A stretch of 64,000 nt of DNA, taken from IMG/VR virus record IMGVR_UViG_642791616_000001, positions 64,001 to 128,000 of that record; one strand, given 5' to 3'. Origin of the DNA: a virus. Lineage: Duplodnaviria > Caudoviricetes. The notes under the pieces were generated by a model. That model was not told the origin of the DNA and ran no database searches. It worked only from the letters and a program-made list of their open reading frames with translations. Numbering within the stretch: the stretch's first letter is position 1; each line of letters opens with the position of its first letter. Shown here in pieces: positions 29,742 to 39,718 of the stretch. Position numbers and translations under genes: made by a program.

Positions 29742-30091
29742 TTACCTCCAATCGTGTCGAGGATTTCTATGATTGCGTAGTATTCCGGATTCAAAACCGC
29801 TTTTATTCCGTTTACACCCAAAATGCAAGCGAGTATTAACAGAAACACCGAGATGAAAACGCACCAACCAAAGGCGATAGCTAAACCGTCAGGTATTACA
29901 CCTTTGCGTCTTTTGGCTTCTCGCATGCACAATATCGGAATTACTATCGCAATTAATAAAAGAACTAATGAAGCGCCGATACTTACACCTCCGCCGACCA
30001 CCGCCTGCTTAACGAGCACTCCGTAAACGTGTTCCGCCGCCACTCCGAGCTTTGCGGCTAATTTGTCGATGTAAGCCATCGCTTTATCCAT
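29738..30091 (-). CDS. Phage membrane protein
   Basis: LAAKLGVAAEHVY.VLVKQ...NPEYYAI; two TM helices. Confidence 0.7.
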   Translation of the reverse strand: MDKAMAYIDKLAAKLGVAAEHVYGVLVKQAVVGGGVSIGASLVLLLIAIVIPILCMREAKRRKGVIPDGLAIAFGWCVFISVFLLILACILGVNGIKAVLNPEYYAIIEILDTIGGK

Positions 30092-30356
30092 TTGCGCCCG
30101 CCTCCTTCGTTGCGTTCTCTAGTGCACGTCTCACAGCCAATCCGTTAAGTACATGCGTAAAGTCAATCGCATTCTTCTGTTCTCCCGTATAGTGATTGAA
30201 CATGACTCCGAGAGCCGCGGTTGCAGCCGTAAAGAATTCAGTTAAATCCACCTTTTCTAATTCCGCAATAAAATGCTCTGACTCCTCGTTAAAAACTTCC
30301 CCTAACGCGCCTACAATTTTAATTACGTGTTGTTCGTGGTTATCCATCCGAATCAC
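30084..30356 (-). CDS. Hypothetical protein
   Basis: ORF track. Confidence 0.55.
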   Translation of the reverse strand: MIRMDNHEQHVIKIVGALGEVFNEESEHFIAELEKVDLTEFFTAATAALGVMFNHYTGEQKNAIDFTHVLNGLAVRRALENATKEAGANG

Positions 30357-30871
30357 TCCATATCGATTTTATAGTCGGTCGTAATCGTGTTTTCCGGTAA
30401 GTAAAATTCGTACGTATTTAAACCCGTGCTCTTACCGTAGAAGAATCGTGCAATAGCCGATTTATACTGGACGTCATAAGTGAGAACGTAAGGCTTTTCG
30501 TAAGTACCTTCTCGAATCTTGGACGATAATATCTCCGCTTTATTGATCGTTGTAAAACCGTCCTTCTCGACCGCGTAATAAAAATACGGTTCAGCGGAGG
30601 CTGTTCCCGACCCTAAAACGAATCTTCCCGAGGATTCGGATGTGTCTTTTAGCGAGGAGACTTCGCTTTTGACGGGATCTGCCGAATGAGTAGGCAAGAA
30701 AAACCCCGGAATAAGCACGATGCATACTGCGAGTAAACCTGCTAACATTCCGAAGAAACCCGCGGCTAAGTAGTCTAGAAAATCCACGTAAGCATACCCG
30801 AGCGAGCCAAGTAGACAAACAGCAAATCCTATAGAAACTACAACAAAAGTAATAATTAAACCTGCGCCCAT
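30353..30871 (-). CDS. Phage membrane protein
   Basis: Two TM helices, SGRFVLGSG motif. Confidence 0.65.
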   Translation of the reverse strand: MGAGLIITFVVVSIGFAVCLLGSLGYAYVDFLDYLAAGFFGMLAGLLAVCIVLIPGFFLPTHSADPVKSEVSSLKDTSESSGRFVLGSGTASAEPYFYYAVEKDGFTTINKAEILSSKIREGTYEKPYVLTYDVQYKSAIARFFYGKSTGLNTYEFYLPENTITTDYKIDME

Positions 30872-31441
30872 CTATTTCGCCCCTTTCGGTTTCTCAAGTA
30901 CGCCTTCATCGATCAGCCACGCAAGCCCAATCGCAGCCGCATCCGATTCATCAAAGTTGGCGAAGGTTCCGTCGTAGCCTGTTATCCGTCTTACGCCCGC
31001 CTCTACTTCGTCCTTTTCTGCGTTGCCCGATCCGGCGACCAATGACTTAACGCGCGTCGCGGATATGCCGAGATCTTCCGTCTTTTTGCCCGGCTTCTTG
31101 TATTTATCGAACGTCAGCCCGAATCGTGACGTCGCTCTTTCACACGCGTTCCAAGCGCTGAGTACCGGATAGTTAGACCGTGACGTCTTGCCCGCAAAGT
31201 CTTCGCGAACCACGTAATCAAAGCCGGCGGTTCCGACATGCTTATCGAGAAACAGCATCGCCCATCCTTCGATAACCTCCGCTCGGTGCGCATGTGATCG
31301 GCTCGTATTCGGCTTGACGTGGCTTAGCGCCTTGATGATCGGCTTACCTTTGCGGACTTCTATGATCGCGACGCCCGGACAGGTCATCGACGTGTCAAAC
31401 GCAAGGCATCGGATAGGCTTGGCGGCGGTCATCCGAACCAC
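30872..31441 (-). CDS. RuvC-like Holliday junction resolvase
   Basis: LAFDTS..CPG, VVRE, G.GNA.K.EV, DESDAAAI. Confidence 0.82.
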   Translation of the reverse strand: MVRMTAAKPIRCLAFDTSMTCPGVAIIEVRKGKPIIKALSHVKPNTSRSHAHRAEVIEGWAMLFLDKHVGTAGFDYVVREDFAGKTSRSNYPVLSAWNACERATSRFGLTFDKYKKPGKKTEDLGISATRVKSLVAGSGNAEKDEVEAGVRRITGYDGTFANFDESDAAAIGLAWLIDEGVLEKPKGAK

Positions 31442-31629
31442 CGGAAGAATTCGATTTTCTCCGTCTTTAACGCTTCTGCTGCAAGTTTATCCGGGCTATC
31501 CGCGCCTTTTGCGATTGCCGTTAATACCTCGGAATACAATTCGGACTCCTTACAGTGTGCCGCCTCATCGTCGAAGGCTATTTGTCGGATAACTTCAACG
31601 CGTTCTCTAACTTCATCGACCGTCATCAA
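31429..31629 (-). CDS. Hypothetical phage protein
   Basis: DDEAAH..E..LY motif. Confidence 0.6.
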   Translation of the reverse strand: MMTVDEVRERVEVIRQIAFDDEAAHCKESELYSEVLTAIAKGADSPDKLAAEALKTEKIEFFRWFG

Positions 31630-32675
31630 ACCGCCTCCCCTTCTCGGACTCTCTCAATAAATGCGAGCGCCTCTGCATACTGCTGCTTCGTACTTGCGTA
31701 GGCTCCCGATTTACGCATCTGCGCCACCTTACCGCGAATCACCGTCATTTCATCGTCTGTCAGCGACTTAGCAATCGCAGTCTTGAAGTTGTTGAACGTC
31801 CATGCTCCGAGGTCTAGTTCGGGCGGCGTACCCGCATCGACCGCATTTCGGATATCTACGAATCTATCAAGAATCGCGTCAATATCATGCGGCTTGATTT
31901 CGAGACCAAACGCTCGGATGTCCGGTGTCTTTTCAAATTCGCCTTCCGGATATACCCACGACTTTTTAGACGCATTGACGTAAAGAATGACGTAATAATC
32001 AACGCCGTACATCGGTCCATAAGTCACGCATTGTGCGACGTGCTTCGGGTCCGGTTCTCGCATCGAATGCAGCGACGTCCTAGCCGCGGATGTCTGCTTC
32101 GACTTGATTTCGAGTCCAACGCGTAGGATTTCGCCGTCTGCCGTCACATAACGCATGATGCCGTCGCAAGTTCCGTATAAGTAGAACGTCTGACCGCCGC
32201 GCTCGATCTTATGATTTCGTTTGGCAAAGTCCTCGAATACCGGCGTGCCATCTTCGTTGCGTTCGAAGTCAAACGGACATACACGACCCGTCTTTTTACC
32301 GAAGTGCTTCGCCATGAACAATATATCGCGCTGGATCATGTCGCCGATCGCCGTTCCTAAGCGCGTCCATCGTCCTTGATATGGCGGCTTTGATTCGACG
32401 TCTTTCGGGTCATTCAACGCCTTGTGGTACAATTCACGCGGACATGCGTTTGCTGCCGATGGTGAGAAATACGGGCGCTTCGGGAATACGTTTGGCGCTT
32501 CCGAATACCACCGGTGAATATCCGCATCTAGTTGGTTATCCCACGTCTCGGGCAACGAGTGCCATTCGTTAAGATATGATACGAGTTCATCTGCGATTGA
32601 CTGCGCAAATGAAGGTTCCGAAGATCCGCCGTTACTAAGTAGTTGAGCCGCTAATTTTCGTTTGTCTGCCGTCAA
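31626..32675 (-). CDS. PD-(D/E)XK (RecB/Cas4-like) exonuclease
   Basis: FSPS....CPRELY, GTCDG, LEIKS, Q...Y. Confidence 0.75.
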   Translation of the reverse strand: MTADKRKLAAQLLSNGGSSEPSFAQSIADELVSYLNEWHSLPETWDNQLDADIHRWYSEAPNVFPKRPYFSPSAANACPRELYHKALNDPKDVESKPPYQGRWTRLGTAIGDMIQRDILFMAKHFGKKTGRVCPFDFERNEDGTPVFEDFAKRNHKIERGGQTFYLYGTCDGIMRYVTADGEILRVGLEIKSKQTSAARTSLHSMREPDPKHVAQCVTYGPMYGVDYYVILYVNASKKSWVYPEGEFEKTPDIRAFGLEIKPHDIDAILDRFVDIRNAVDAGTPPELDLGAWTFNNFKTAIAKSLTDDEMTVIRGKVAQMRKSGAYASTKQQYAEALAFIERVREGEAV

Positions 32676-33398
32676 TTAATCACGTCCTTTCATATTGCGT
32701 TCGAGGATGGAACCGATCTTTAACGACATAGCTTCGTTATCCCTTAGCGCTTGGTAAATACGCAGCAGATCCGCTTTAGACAGCGCAACCATCTGAACCT
32801 CCCAAACGATTGCGTGCTTGGGAACGAATTTCATCGGTCTGTCCGGCGCCTCCATAACTACGTTCGCAAAGTCGTTATATTCATCGACTACTCGTGGTAA
32901 GTATCTACGGAATACTTCGATCGTTGCCTCTACGTCATTTAACGCGCGGTGATGACCGTCTAGCGAAATTCCAATTCGTTTGGTCACGTCCTTTAATGAC
33001 GCTGATAACTCCGGTTCTACGAATCGTGCCATAGCTCTCGTACAATAGAAGCGTTCCGGCTCGATGTCACCACGACTAATGAACGAAAGATCAAACGGTG
33101 CATTCTGCGCAACGACGATAGCGTCTCCGATGAAGTTTTGTAATTCGTCCAGCGCGTCCCATTCTTCCGGGGCGTCTTCGAGGTCTTCTTCCGTGATTCC
33201 GGTTAAATTCGTAATGAATTCGGGTAGATCGCGACCTTCTTCTAATGCGACCATCGTATGAAAACGGCTTACCTCTTCGAATTCACGCACCCGACCGCCA
33301 AGTCGAATTTTAATTGCGCCAATTTCGATAATCTGATCCTTCTTATGATCGAGTCCCGTCGTTTCTAAATCGAGTACAACGTATGTTTGTGGAATCAT
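32676..33398 (-). CDS. DEDDh 3'-5' exonuclease (DnaQ-like)
   Basis: DLETTG, NAPFD, HRALND. Confidence 0.92.
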   Translation of the reverse strand: MIPQTYVVLDLETTGLDHKKDQIIEIGAIKIRLGGRVREFEEVSRFHTMVALEEGRDLPEFITNLTGITEEDLEDAPEEWDALDELQNFIGDAIVVAQNAPFDLSFISRGDIEPERFYCTRAMARFVEPELSASLKDVTKRIGISLDGHHRALNDVEATIEVFRRYLPRVVDEYNDFANVVMEAPDRPMKFVPKHAIVWEVQMVALSKADLLRIYQALRDNEAMSLKIGSILERNMKGRD

Positions 33399-35632
33399 TA
33401 AACCGCCCCTTTTCCTTGCCAGCCTTCGCCGACAATCCGTTTTTGTTTTTCGTAATCATCCTCGTTAGGGTAGTCATCACGGCTCACTTCACCGCTGAAG
33501 AATTCGCTTATCTTCAAACCCTCGCCCCATCTTCGGCTTATCTCGATGTCCGTCTTATTCGGTATGTTTCCGAACACGTACGTATTGACCATGACGTCCT
33601 CGAAGTCTTTTACGTCTTGCTGCGTAAGTGTATCCGGCACTAATAAAAGCGCCTCGTCATGAACCACGCACCATAAGCGCCATTCTCCACGTCCTTCAGC
33701 CGTCTTTCTATCGCATAACTCTTGCAGCGCAATCATGGTCGCCTTTGTTTGAATCGCGGCCGAGCCTTGAACGCGGGCATTCGTTGACTGCGTAAAGACC
33801 GCTGAGTAGTGCCCTTTTGCGCTCCGATCTTTTGCGTCAGGAAGGCGCCGTTTTCGCTGTAAATGGTCCATCCAAACGAAGCCGTGTTTCTTGACGAACT
33901 TCTGATTCGATTCGACCCATTCTTTAACGACCGGAAATCTCTCGAAGAAACTGTCGAGGAACTTTTGTGCCTCGTGCTTTTCAACGCCGATCGCATCTTT
34001 TAGCATGTTCGCGCCGCCCCCGTAAGCAACCGCAAGCATAATAACCTTCGCCTGTTTACGGTAGACAGACCCATCTCCGCATTCTTCGATCGGCTTACCG
34101 AACACTTCTGCCGCGATAGATGCGTATAAATCGTCGCCGCGGAAATAGTTATCGACTAGCTTCGGGTCTTGCGTAAAGTACGCCAGGCATCGGTATTCTT
34201 GTTGGCTCCAGTCACCGCCTAGTATTGCGTAGCCTTCGGGCGCAACGAATAATTTACGAGCCTTCTTCGGCTGGTTCTGTAGGTTGACGCCCGTTCCGCC
34301 GGAACTGAACCGGCCCGTCTTCGCTCCATTCGGATTGAAGTTCGTGTATAACTTGCCGGTCTTTTGATCGATTAGCTCCGGCAATGCGTTGATATACGTT
34401 GAATAAAGCTTAAAGCTGTCTTTATATTCGAGTAGCTTCTTAACTACCGGATACTTTTTCGCAAGTGGTTTAAGTACCTTCTTCGCATCGGTTGACGCTA
34501 GTGATTCGCCCGTTACCCGTTCAAGGGCCGGCTTTAACTGCGCCGGAGAGTTTATGTTGACGTCGCCTAGTTCTTCGATTAGCTCATCGTATAAACGGTC
34601 TAAGCCGCTTTTTAATTCGCGTCCATATTCCTCGGCGTAATCTAAATCAATATCGAAGCCGGTAGTCTCCATCTGCTGAACTACGCTGATCAACGGAACC
34701 TCTACCGTCTCGTAATAACGCAGTACTTCCGGCATTTTTGCGAGATGCTCCCGCTGGAAGTTTCGTAGCTTAAGCGTCACGTCACCGTCTTTAGCTGCAT
34801 AGGCAAGCGCGATTTCTAAATCGTCTACTTCGTCAAAGCCGATCTTTCCGAACAGGTCACCGTAGGTACTCGACTCGATGCGCAAGTATTTTGTGACAAG
34901 GTTCTTAAGAGCAAATGACGGCTCGTTTTCGTTTAGAAGTCGCATAGCTTCCTGTGTATCCCACGTAAGTCCGCGCAGCTTAATTCCTTCGCGATCAAGC
35001 ATATGAATATCGAACTTAGCGTTATGGGCGAGTTTGCCGACGGTCGGGTCTTCGTAGAAAGGTCGTAGAGTTTCGTTTACTAAATCTCGGCTTAATTGCG
35101 GTAGGATAGTTTTATGTCGCGTTGGAATATAAGCGTGTACGTCCGCTTTGATCGCCGTGATCACATGGCCGACGATATAATCGTTCCACACGTCAACGCC
35201 GGTCGTTTCTACGTCAAATACGATTTCTTCTTCGTTTTCAAGTAGCGCCACAAACTCGGCCAGCCGCTTTTCATCCGTGATCAGCCAGTAATTCTCCGGC
35301 GTTTCCTCGACCATTTTACGTAACTTATCTTCGCGGTTCTGCGCTTGCACCGTTTTCCAAAGACGCAGCGCTTCCGCCTTGCTGAATTTCTTCGGCTTGC
35401 CGGCTTTATTAACGCAGTCAGAAGGATCGCGCGCCAAGCGTCCGTCCTCCATAGCCGCCTTGACTTCGTCTAATTTCTGCCGGTCTGAATCGCTAAGTTT
35501 ACTCGCGTAGATGCGACGCCATGCATCCTCGATTGGCTCGACGGCGTTGGCCGCTTGCTTACGTTTGGCAACGTCGGCCGCCGGCGCCGCCTTATGTCCA
35601 TTTACGTTTAGTTTTAACGGCTTGATTTCCAC
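33398..35632 (-). CDS. polA: Family A DNA polymerase
   Basis: DVETTG, HNAKFD, TGRFSS, DWSQQEYR, RKQAK....AVAYG, VHDE; GTG start at 35632. Confidence 0.95.
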   Translation of the reverse strand: MEIKPLKLNVNGHKAAPAADVAKRKQAANAVEPIEDAWRRIYASKLSDSDRQKLDEVKAAMEDGRLARDPSDCVNKAGKPKKFSKAEALRLWKTVQAQNREDKLRKMVEETPENYWLITDEKRLAEFVALLENEEEIVFDVETTGVDVWNDYIVGHVITAIKADVHAYIPTRHKTILPQLSRDLVNETLRPFYEDPTVGKLAHNAKFDIHMLDREGIKLRGLTWDTQEAMRLLNENEPSFALKNLVTKYLRIESSTYGDLFGKIGFDEVDDLEIALAYAAKDGDVTLKLRNFQREHLAKMPEVLRYYETVEVPLISVVQQMETTGFDIDLDYAEEYGRELKSGLDRLYDELIEELGDVNINSPAQLKPALERVTGESLASTDAKKVLKPLAKKYPVVKKLLEYKDSFKLYSTYINALPELIDQKTGKLYTNFNPNGAKTGRFSSGGTGVNLQNQPKKARKLFVAPEGYAILGGDWSQQEYRCLAYFTQDPKLVDNYFRGDDLYASIAAEVFGKPIEECGDGSVYRKQAKVIMLAVAYGGGANMLKDAIGVEKHEAQKFLDSFFERFPVVKEWVESNQKFVKKHGFVWMDHLQRKRRLPDAKDRSAKGHYSAVFTQSTNARVQGSAAIQTKATMIALQELCDRKTAEGRGEWRLWCVVHDEALLLVPDTLTQQDVKDFEDVMVNTYVFGNIPNKTDIEISRRWGEGLKISEFFSGEVSRDDYPNEDDYEKQKRIVGEGWQGKGAV

Positions 35633-35652
35633 GTCGCGTCCTCCTTTCTTCG

Positions 35653-35823
35653 TTAAAAGTCGATTTCGTCCGTCCACTTCCGCCTGTGTGCCGCCTCATT
35701 GTCCGCGTAAAACTCCGACCAGCAGTCGCCGTCGCAACAATACACATCGTATAGTGAGTCGTAAACGGCGGACTGGCCTTCGTTAATGGGCGCTTGGCAG
35801 GCGGCGCATTTAGCTGCGGTCAA
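35653..35823 (-). CDS. Small Zn-finger protein (56 aa), not in ORF track
   Basis: MTAAKCAACQAPI...YCCDGDCW; TTG start. Confidence 0.5.
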   Translation of the reverse strand: MTAAKCAACQAPINEGQSAVYDSLYDVYCCDGDCWSEFYADNEAAHRRKWTDEIDF

Positions 35824-36553
35824 AACGTGCCTCGACCGGAGTGACTAGCGTGATTCGATCTTTCTCTAAATAAAACACGTTATTAAACCCGCCCTTATCA
35901 ACTGCCGCCACACGTACTAATCCGCCTTTGTCCTCGCCAACTTTCCCGAACCCCTTATTCGCAAACCATTCCGGATCATCATACGCAACAATATCGTCTT
36001 TCCGATACTCGTCAACTTTGCGTCCGATCTTCGCCCATTTCGCTTCGACAGAGTGTTTTGCTTCCGCTTCTTTGACGGCTGCGACTTCGTCTTCGGTTGC
36101 GAGGACTAATTCGGATTCACGCATCCAAACGGTTTCTCCAACAAACTCTCCGTTCTGAACCTTGCACTGAAACGGACGGTACTTTTTGTCATCGATCAAA
36201 ACCTTAACGAAGTCTCCCTGAGCAACTTTCCATTCTTTAGCACAATCGATCACCTTCGCATAATCTCCGACTTTTAGGCGGGCATGCTTCTTGTGAAATG
36301 GAATGTAATCTTCTCGGGAAAGGGCGTTTAGATCGCCTTCATCGTCATAAAAATAAGCGTCTCCATCGCGATCAACCTCGTTGATTATATAAAACGCTCC
36401 GGCTGTTATATCGTGACACCCTTCCTTGGACATTAATAAACCGCCAACCTCCGCGTCTCTCTCAACGCGTTCATACTCCGCACCTTCATACGACACTTTC
36501 GTAATCTCTCCGCCCACCATATCGAGCGTCTTTACGCCTTTTAATGCCGCCAT
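35810..36553 (-). CDS. Hypothetical protein with tandem SH3-like repeats
   Basis: ERDAEVGG, LKVGDYAKV repeats. Confidence 0.65.
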   Translation of the reverse strand: MAALKGVKTLDMVGGEITKVSYEGAEYERVERDAEVGGLLMSKEGCHDITAGAFYIINEVDRDGDAYFYDDEGDLNALSREDYIPFHKKHARLKVGDYAKVIDCAKEWKVAQGDFVKVLIDDKKYRPFQCKVQNGEFVGETVWMRESELVLATEDEVAAVKEAEAKHSVEAKWAKIGRKVDEYRKDDIVAYDDPEWFANKGFGKVGEDKGGLVRVAAVDKGGFNNVFYLEKDRITLVTPVEARFDRS

Positions 36554-36593
36554 CTATTCGTCCTCCTTTTATTGACCGTCCGACCCGATAAGG

Positions 36594-37028
36594 TCAAACC
36601 GCCTCCGCTTCGTTTTCAATCGCCGCCAAGAAATCGCGATCTAAATTAAGTTTAAGTTCGACCCATTCCCGCTTACCTTCGTTTCGCTTCGGCATCCAAT
36701 AGTCCGTAATGCCGCGGCACTCGAACATGTACGCTTTGGTTACGTCGGCTTCGATTAGCACGCCGATAAAATAGTCCGTGTCGGCTTTCGTGTACGGTTT
36801 GCCGGTGTTCTTGCGCCCACTAACTGTTAAAGTATCACGCTTCTTCCTGCGATCACGAATCGTCTTTACTTGAAACCGCTTGATCTCGCCGCTAAACGGA
36901 TCGGCTGCGAGAATATCATAAGGCTCTTCGGTTTCCGGCTTGCTGACGCCTGACCAGCCGGCCGCCATTAAGGCAGCTCGGGCGATCATTTCGGCGAACT
37001 TGCCGATCGTTTCTTCTTTGTGCGCCAT
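36594..37028 (-). CDS. PD-(D/E)XK endonuclease (I-Ssp6803I-like family)
   Basis: G..AE, VSKP...PYD, FQVKT, YTK.D.DYF. Confidence 0.7.
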   Translation of the reverse strand: MAHKEETIGKFAEMIARAALMAAGWSGVSKPETEEPYDILAADPFSGEIKRFQVKTIRDRRKKRDTLTVSGRKNTGKPYTKADTDYFIGVLIEADVTKAYMFECRGITDYWMPKRNEGKREWVELKLNLDRDFLAAIENEAEAV

Positions 37029-37283
37029 CTATTCGTCCTCCTTCGTGATATGCCCGGCTAAAATATCGCTAATAGATTCCGCAACTTCAACGTCGTTTGT
37101 CATTAACTGACGCGCATTATTCGCTATTTTCTCACCGTAAACTGCCTCGATGAGTCTCCACACGGTCGAAGTTGCTGCTTCGTAAATTGACGCCTTAATA
37201 ACAATCAATTCCGCCAACGAAACTTCTACGGTGACCTTCTTCGATAAATCTAACGTCTGCGATTCCGTTTTAATTTCTCGCAT
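37029..37283 (-). CDS. Hypothetical protein
   Basis: ORF with AAGGAGG RBS. Confidence 0.6.
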   Translation of the reverse strand: MREIKTESQTLDLSKKVTVEVSLAELIVIKASIYEAATSTVWRLIEAVYGEKIANNARQLMTNDVEVAESISDILAGHITKEDE

Positions 37284-37296
37284 CTATGCGTCCTCC

Positions 37297-38076
37297 TTAG
37301 AATCCGAGGTTTTCTTCGGCTGGTAGTTCGTCGTCTGCTGCCGTCTGAGATCCGCCGCCAAGCGATTCGCCAATTAACGCTAGGTCAAAGCCTGCCGCGA
37401 CTAGATTTTCGAGCATTTCCTTTTCGTCAGCTTCGTAAATTAAGCCGTCAAATAAAGACATGTCGAACTCTTTGCCGTCTTGCGCTGCGAAATGCTTGCG
37501 TTCCACTTCCGTCAAATCCTCTTCCATATCGATAAGAGGCGTTAGCGAAACGACTGTACTCGTTCCTGAGCCGGACTTCTCTAACTCAAACGCGATACGA
37601 CCGAGCTTCTTCTCTTGTTTCTTAATGACCGCATGAACAGTCGTAGCCTGCGGCTTAGAAAGATCGACGATGATTGGCTCGCCAGTTTCGAGGTTGATAA
37701 ATCCTAGCGCATAACGTTCTTTTACGCGATATTTAGCCGCTTCTTGCTTAGCCGCTTCTTCCGCTTTAGCATCTCCGCGATCATCAGCCGCTTTCTTTTG
37801 GTCTTGATAATACTTCCATGCGCGATCCCATGACGTTAGGTTCGACTCAGGAAAGCCGTTCTTATTTAGCGTGCTTGGATTAGCCGCCGAGAACGAATTT
37901 ACCTTCTTATAGATTCCGTATGAGAAGAAGCGAATCAGATCGAACGCACTCATTACGCGTACCTTATAAACCGTGCCCGTCTTAAAGCTCGCAAACTCAG
38001 CGCTATTACCGCCATTACCTTCATTTGTTGCGTTCAATGCGTTTAGAGCGTCAGCTCCGCTAGTGTACTTTGTCAT
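37297..38076 (-). CDS. Single-stranded DNA-binding-like protein (gp32-like)
   Basis: Aromatic/OB-like core, K.GSG.ST motif, acidic C-terminal tail ending in F; ATG at 38076. Confidence 0.65.
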   Translation of the reverse strand: MTKYTSGADALNALNATNEGNGGNSAEFASFKTGTVYKVRVMSAFDLIRFFSYGIYKKVNSFSAANPSTLNKNGFPESNLTSWDRAWKYYQDQKKAADDRGDAKAEEAAKQEAAKYRVKERYALGFINLETGEPIIVDLSKPQATTVHAVIKKQEKKLGRIAFELEKSGSGTSTVVSLTPLIDMEEDLTEVERKHFAAQDGKEFDMSLFDGLIYEADEKEMLENLVAAGFDLALIGESLGGGSQTAADDELPAEENLGF

Positions 38077-38089
38077 CCGATTACCTCCG

Positions 38090-38228
38090 TTAATTTGTTT
38101 TAGGGTTTGACCCTCGCAAAACACCGGTATCTGCGCCCGAGACGCCGCCAGCGCACGGCATAGCGACGCGACAGTTTTACTTAACGAACGCCCCGGTATT
38201 CTCCGAGCGTCGGCGGTCATCCGCCGCC
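38090..38228 (-). ncRNA. Candidate structured 5' leader of the SSB-like gene
   Basis: Four consecutive stems with G-U pairs specific to the - strand. Confidence 0.4.
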
Positions 38229-38333
38229 TTTATTCCGTCTCTCTTCGCTCACTAGCGACCAATACATGCCGCCGATAATGAAGGTCGAGATTGTGCCGAC
38301 GAATGCGAAATACATTAAGAAGTCGTCAAACAT
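38217..38333 (-). CDS. Small membrane peptide (38 aa)
   Basis: MFDDFLMYFAFVGTISTFIIGGMYWSLVSEERRNKGGG. Confidence 0.5.
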   Translation of the reverse strand: MFDDFLMYFAFVGTISTFIIGGMYWSLVSEERRNKGGG

Positions 38334-38850
38334 ACGCGGCAACTCCTCTCGCATAGCGCGTTACTTGGCGCTTGATTTCGAGAGATTCGGTAGGCAGTTC
38401 ATCGACGCGCATTTGAACGGCATTGATTCGGGCTTGTAGCGCCATTCTTTTAGCTTTCGATCGAGTACGTTGGAGTTCTTCGGCTAACCAGCGTAGCTCT
38501 TCGTCTAATTCAGCCGAAAATGATTCGTATTGACTAATCGTTTCAGTTGCGTTTTTCTTTATGACTTCATAAGCGTCGATAAGTAAGCGCTTGGCGATCG
38601 ACCCGGCGTTGTCTTTTTCCTTATAAACGGTAATAACGACGTTTGTGTCTACCGCAAAATGAATAACTACGCCTTTACTCGCGTACATGCGAGCCTCTTT
38701 GCCGGATTCATCTACAGTGATTCCGAGATACTGAGCGTGTTCCATTTTCTGCGCGATCCAATTACGTGCGGCATAATGATTATCGATGCCAAATCGGGTT
38801 TTAAATCGCTGCTTCGCGTGGTGGGTTATGGTTATTTCGGAAGGTTTCAT
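38326..38850 (-). CDS. Hypothetical protein (T.HA.QR N-terminal domain plus coiled coil)
   Basis: ITHHAKQRFKTRF...VITV. Confidence 0.65.
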   Translation of the reverse strand: MKPSEITITHHAKQRFKTRFGIDNHYAARNWIAQKMEHAQYLGITVDESGKEARMYASKGVVIHFAVDTNVVITVYKEKDNAGSIAKRLLIDAYEVIKKNATETISQYESFSAELDEELRWLAEELQRTRSKAKRMALQARINAVQMRVDELPTESLEIKRQVTRYARGVAAYV

Positions 38851-38990
38851 CCGACGCGCACCGCCTTGATCGAAGTCGGTCGGTAATAGTCCGCCGGATC
38901 ATCCTCGCGATATAACGCGCCTTCGTATTGTAATTCCGTTAATTTTTGGATGTTTACTACGGGTGGGAAATCGTTTGTAGGTTGTTTCAT
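38847..38990 (-). CDS. Small hypothetical protein (47 aa)
   Basis: AAGGAGG RBS, ATGA coupling to next gene. Confidence 0.55.
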   Translation of the reverse strand: MKQPTNDFPPVVNIQKLTELQYEGALYREDDPADYYRPTSIKAVRVG

Positions 38991-39124
38991 AGTACGTTAG
39001 CCTCCTTAATTTTTAGGTAAAACGTACTAGACGGAGGGTTGTTCGCATGGTGTTCGCTTGAAATTCGATTCTCAATCGATTATCATTAAAATACGTAGCG
39101 AAGCCCTCGTGCCTAGATACGTGA

Positions 39125-39655
39125 TTATGCTGTTAGTTCGCGCTGGCAGTGTAAACGGAAACGTCGGATGAACTTGCGATGTGCTTCGAAATTTCCTCCT
39201 AAACGTTGCGTCAACAACGTGGAGATTTCGGTCATATTCGTACATCCTTCGCTCCAACATCTAAGTATTAATTCTTTGCGAAGATCGCCTTGCGTCAACA
39301 GGGCGGTCTTTTCTTTTAGTAAAACTTCGCCTTCGACGTCCGTCAAAACGTCTTGAGGCTCCCACGAGACATTACCATCATCTCGCATTCCTTCTATAGA
39401 TAAAGCCGCTTCTTTTCGTGAAGCCTTCAGATACTTATTTCGTTCCCTTACGATAATGCGCTGGATCAACGCTTTCTTATCACGACCATTCCCTTCATAG
39501 CGCTCCAACCAGTAGCCTATCGAGTTTAAGCACCGCTGCTCGAACGATGTTTGGTCGGGAACTAAGTGTGCGATTCGTTGCGATTCTCTTTGTACATACG
39601 GAATCGCTCCGTAATCTGCGGCCATCTGAAGTCTATTAAATTTTTCTTTATTCAA
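39125..39655 (-). CDS. Sigma-factor-like protein at the aimX position (176 aa)
   Basis: TTG start behind GGGAGGAG; region-2-like LERYE..GRDKKALIQRII.RE..KYLK, S.E.M linker, region-4-like RKELILRCWSEG..MTEIS. Confidence 0.55.
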   Translation of the reverse strand: MNKEKFNRLQMAADYGAIPYVQRESQRIAHLVPDQTSFEQRCLNSIGYWLERYEGNGRDKKALIQRIIVRERNKYLKASRKEAALSIEGMRDDGNVSWEPQDVLTDVEGEVLLKEKTALLTQGDLRKELILRCWSEGCTNMTEISTLLTQRLGGNFEAHRKFIRRFRLHCQRELTA

Positions 39656-39679
39656 GTTTTTCTCCTCCCGTCCCTTACA

Positions 39680-39718
39680 CTTATACAGTCGCATATGGTC
39701 TGTTAGAATCGGGACATT
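39680..39718 (-). promoter_or_regulatory. Conserved phage promoter/operator motif, copy 2
   Basis: AATGTCCCGATT..CCATATGCGACTGTATAAG. Confidence 0.75.

Noticed and set aside
31626-32675. Cas4-like nuclease as part of a CRISPR system
   Set aside because: No repeat-spacer array or other cas genes; context is phage recombination/replication
23895-37028. Complete restriction-modification system (MTases plus PD-(D/E)XK gene)
   Set aside because: The nuclease is more than 8 kb away and resembles homing endonucleases; the MTases look orphan
39040-39057. LexA/DinR SOS box (GTTCG repeats)
   Set aside because: Two GTTCG in direct orientation, without the CGAAC half needed for CGAAC-N4-GTTCG
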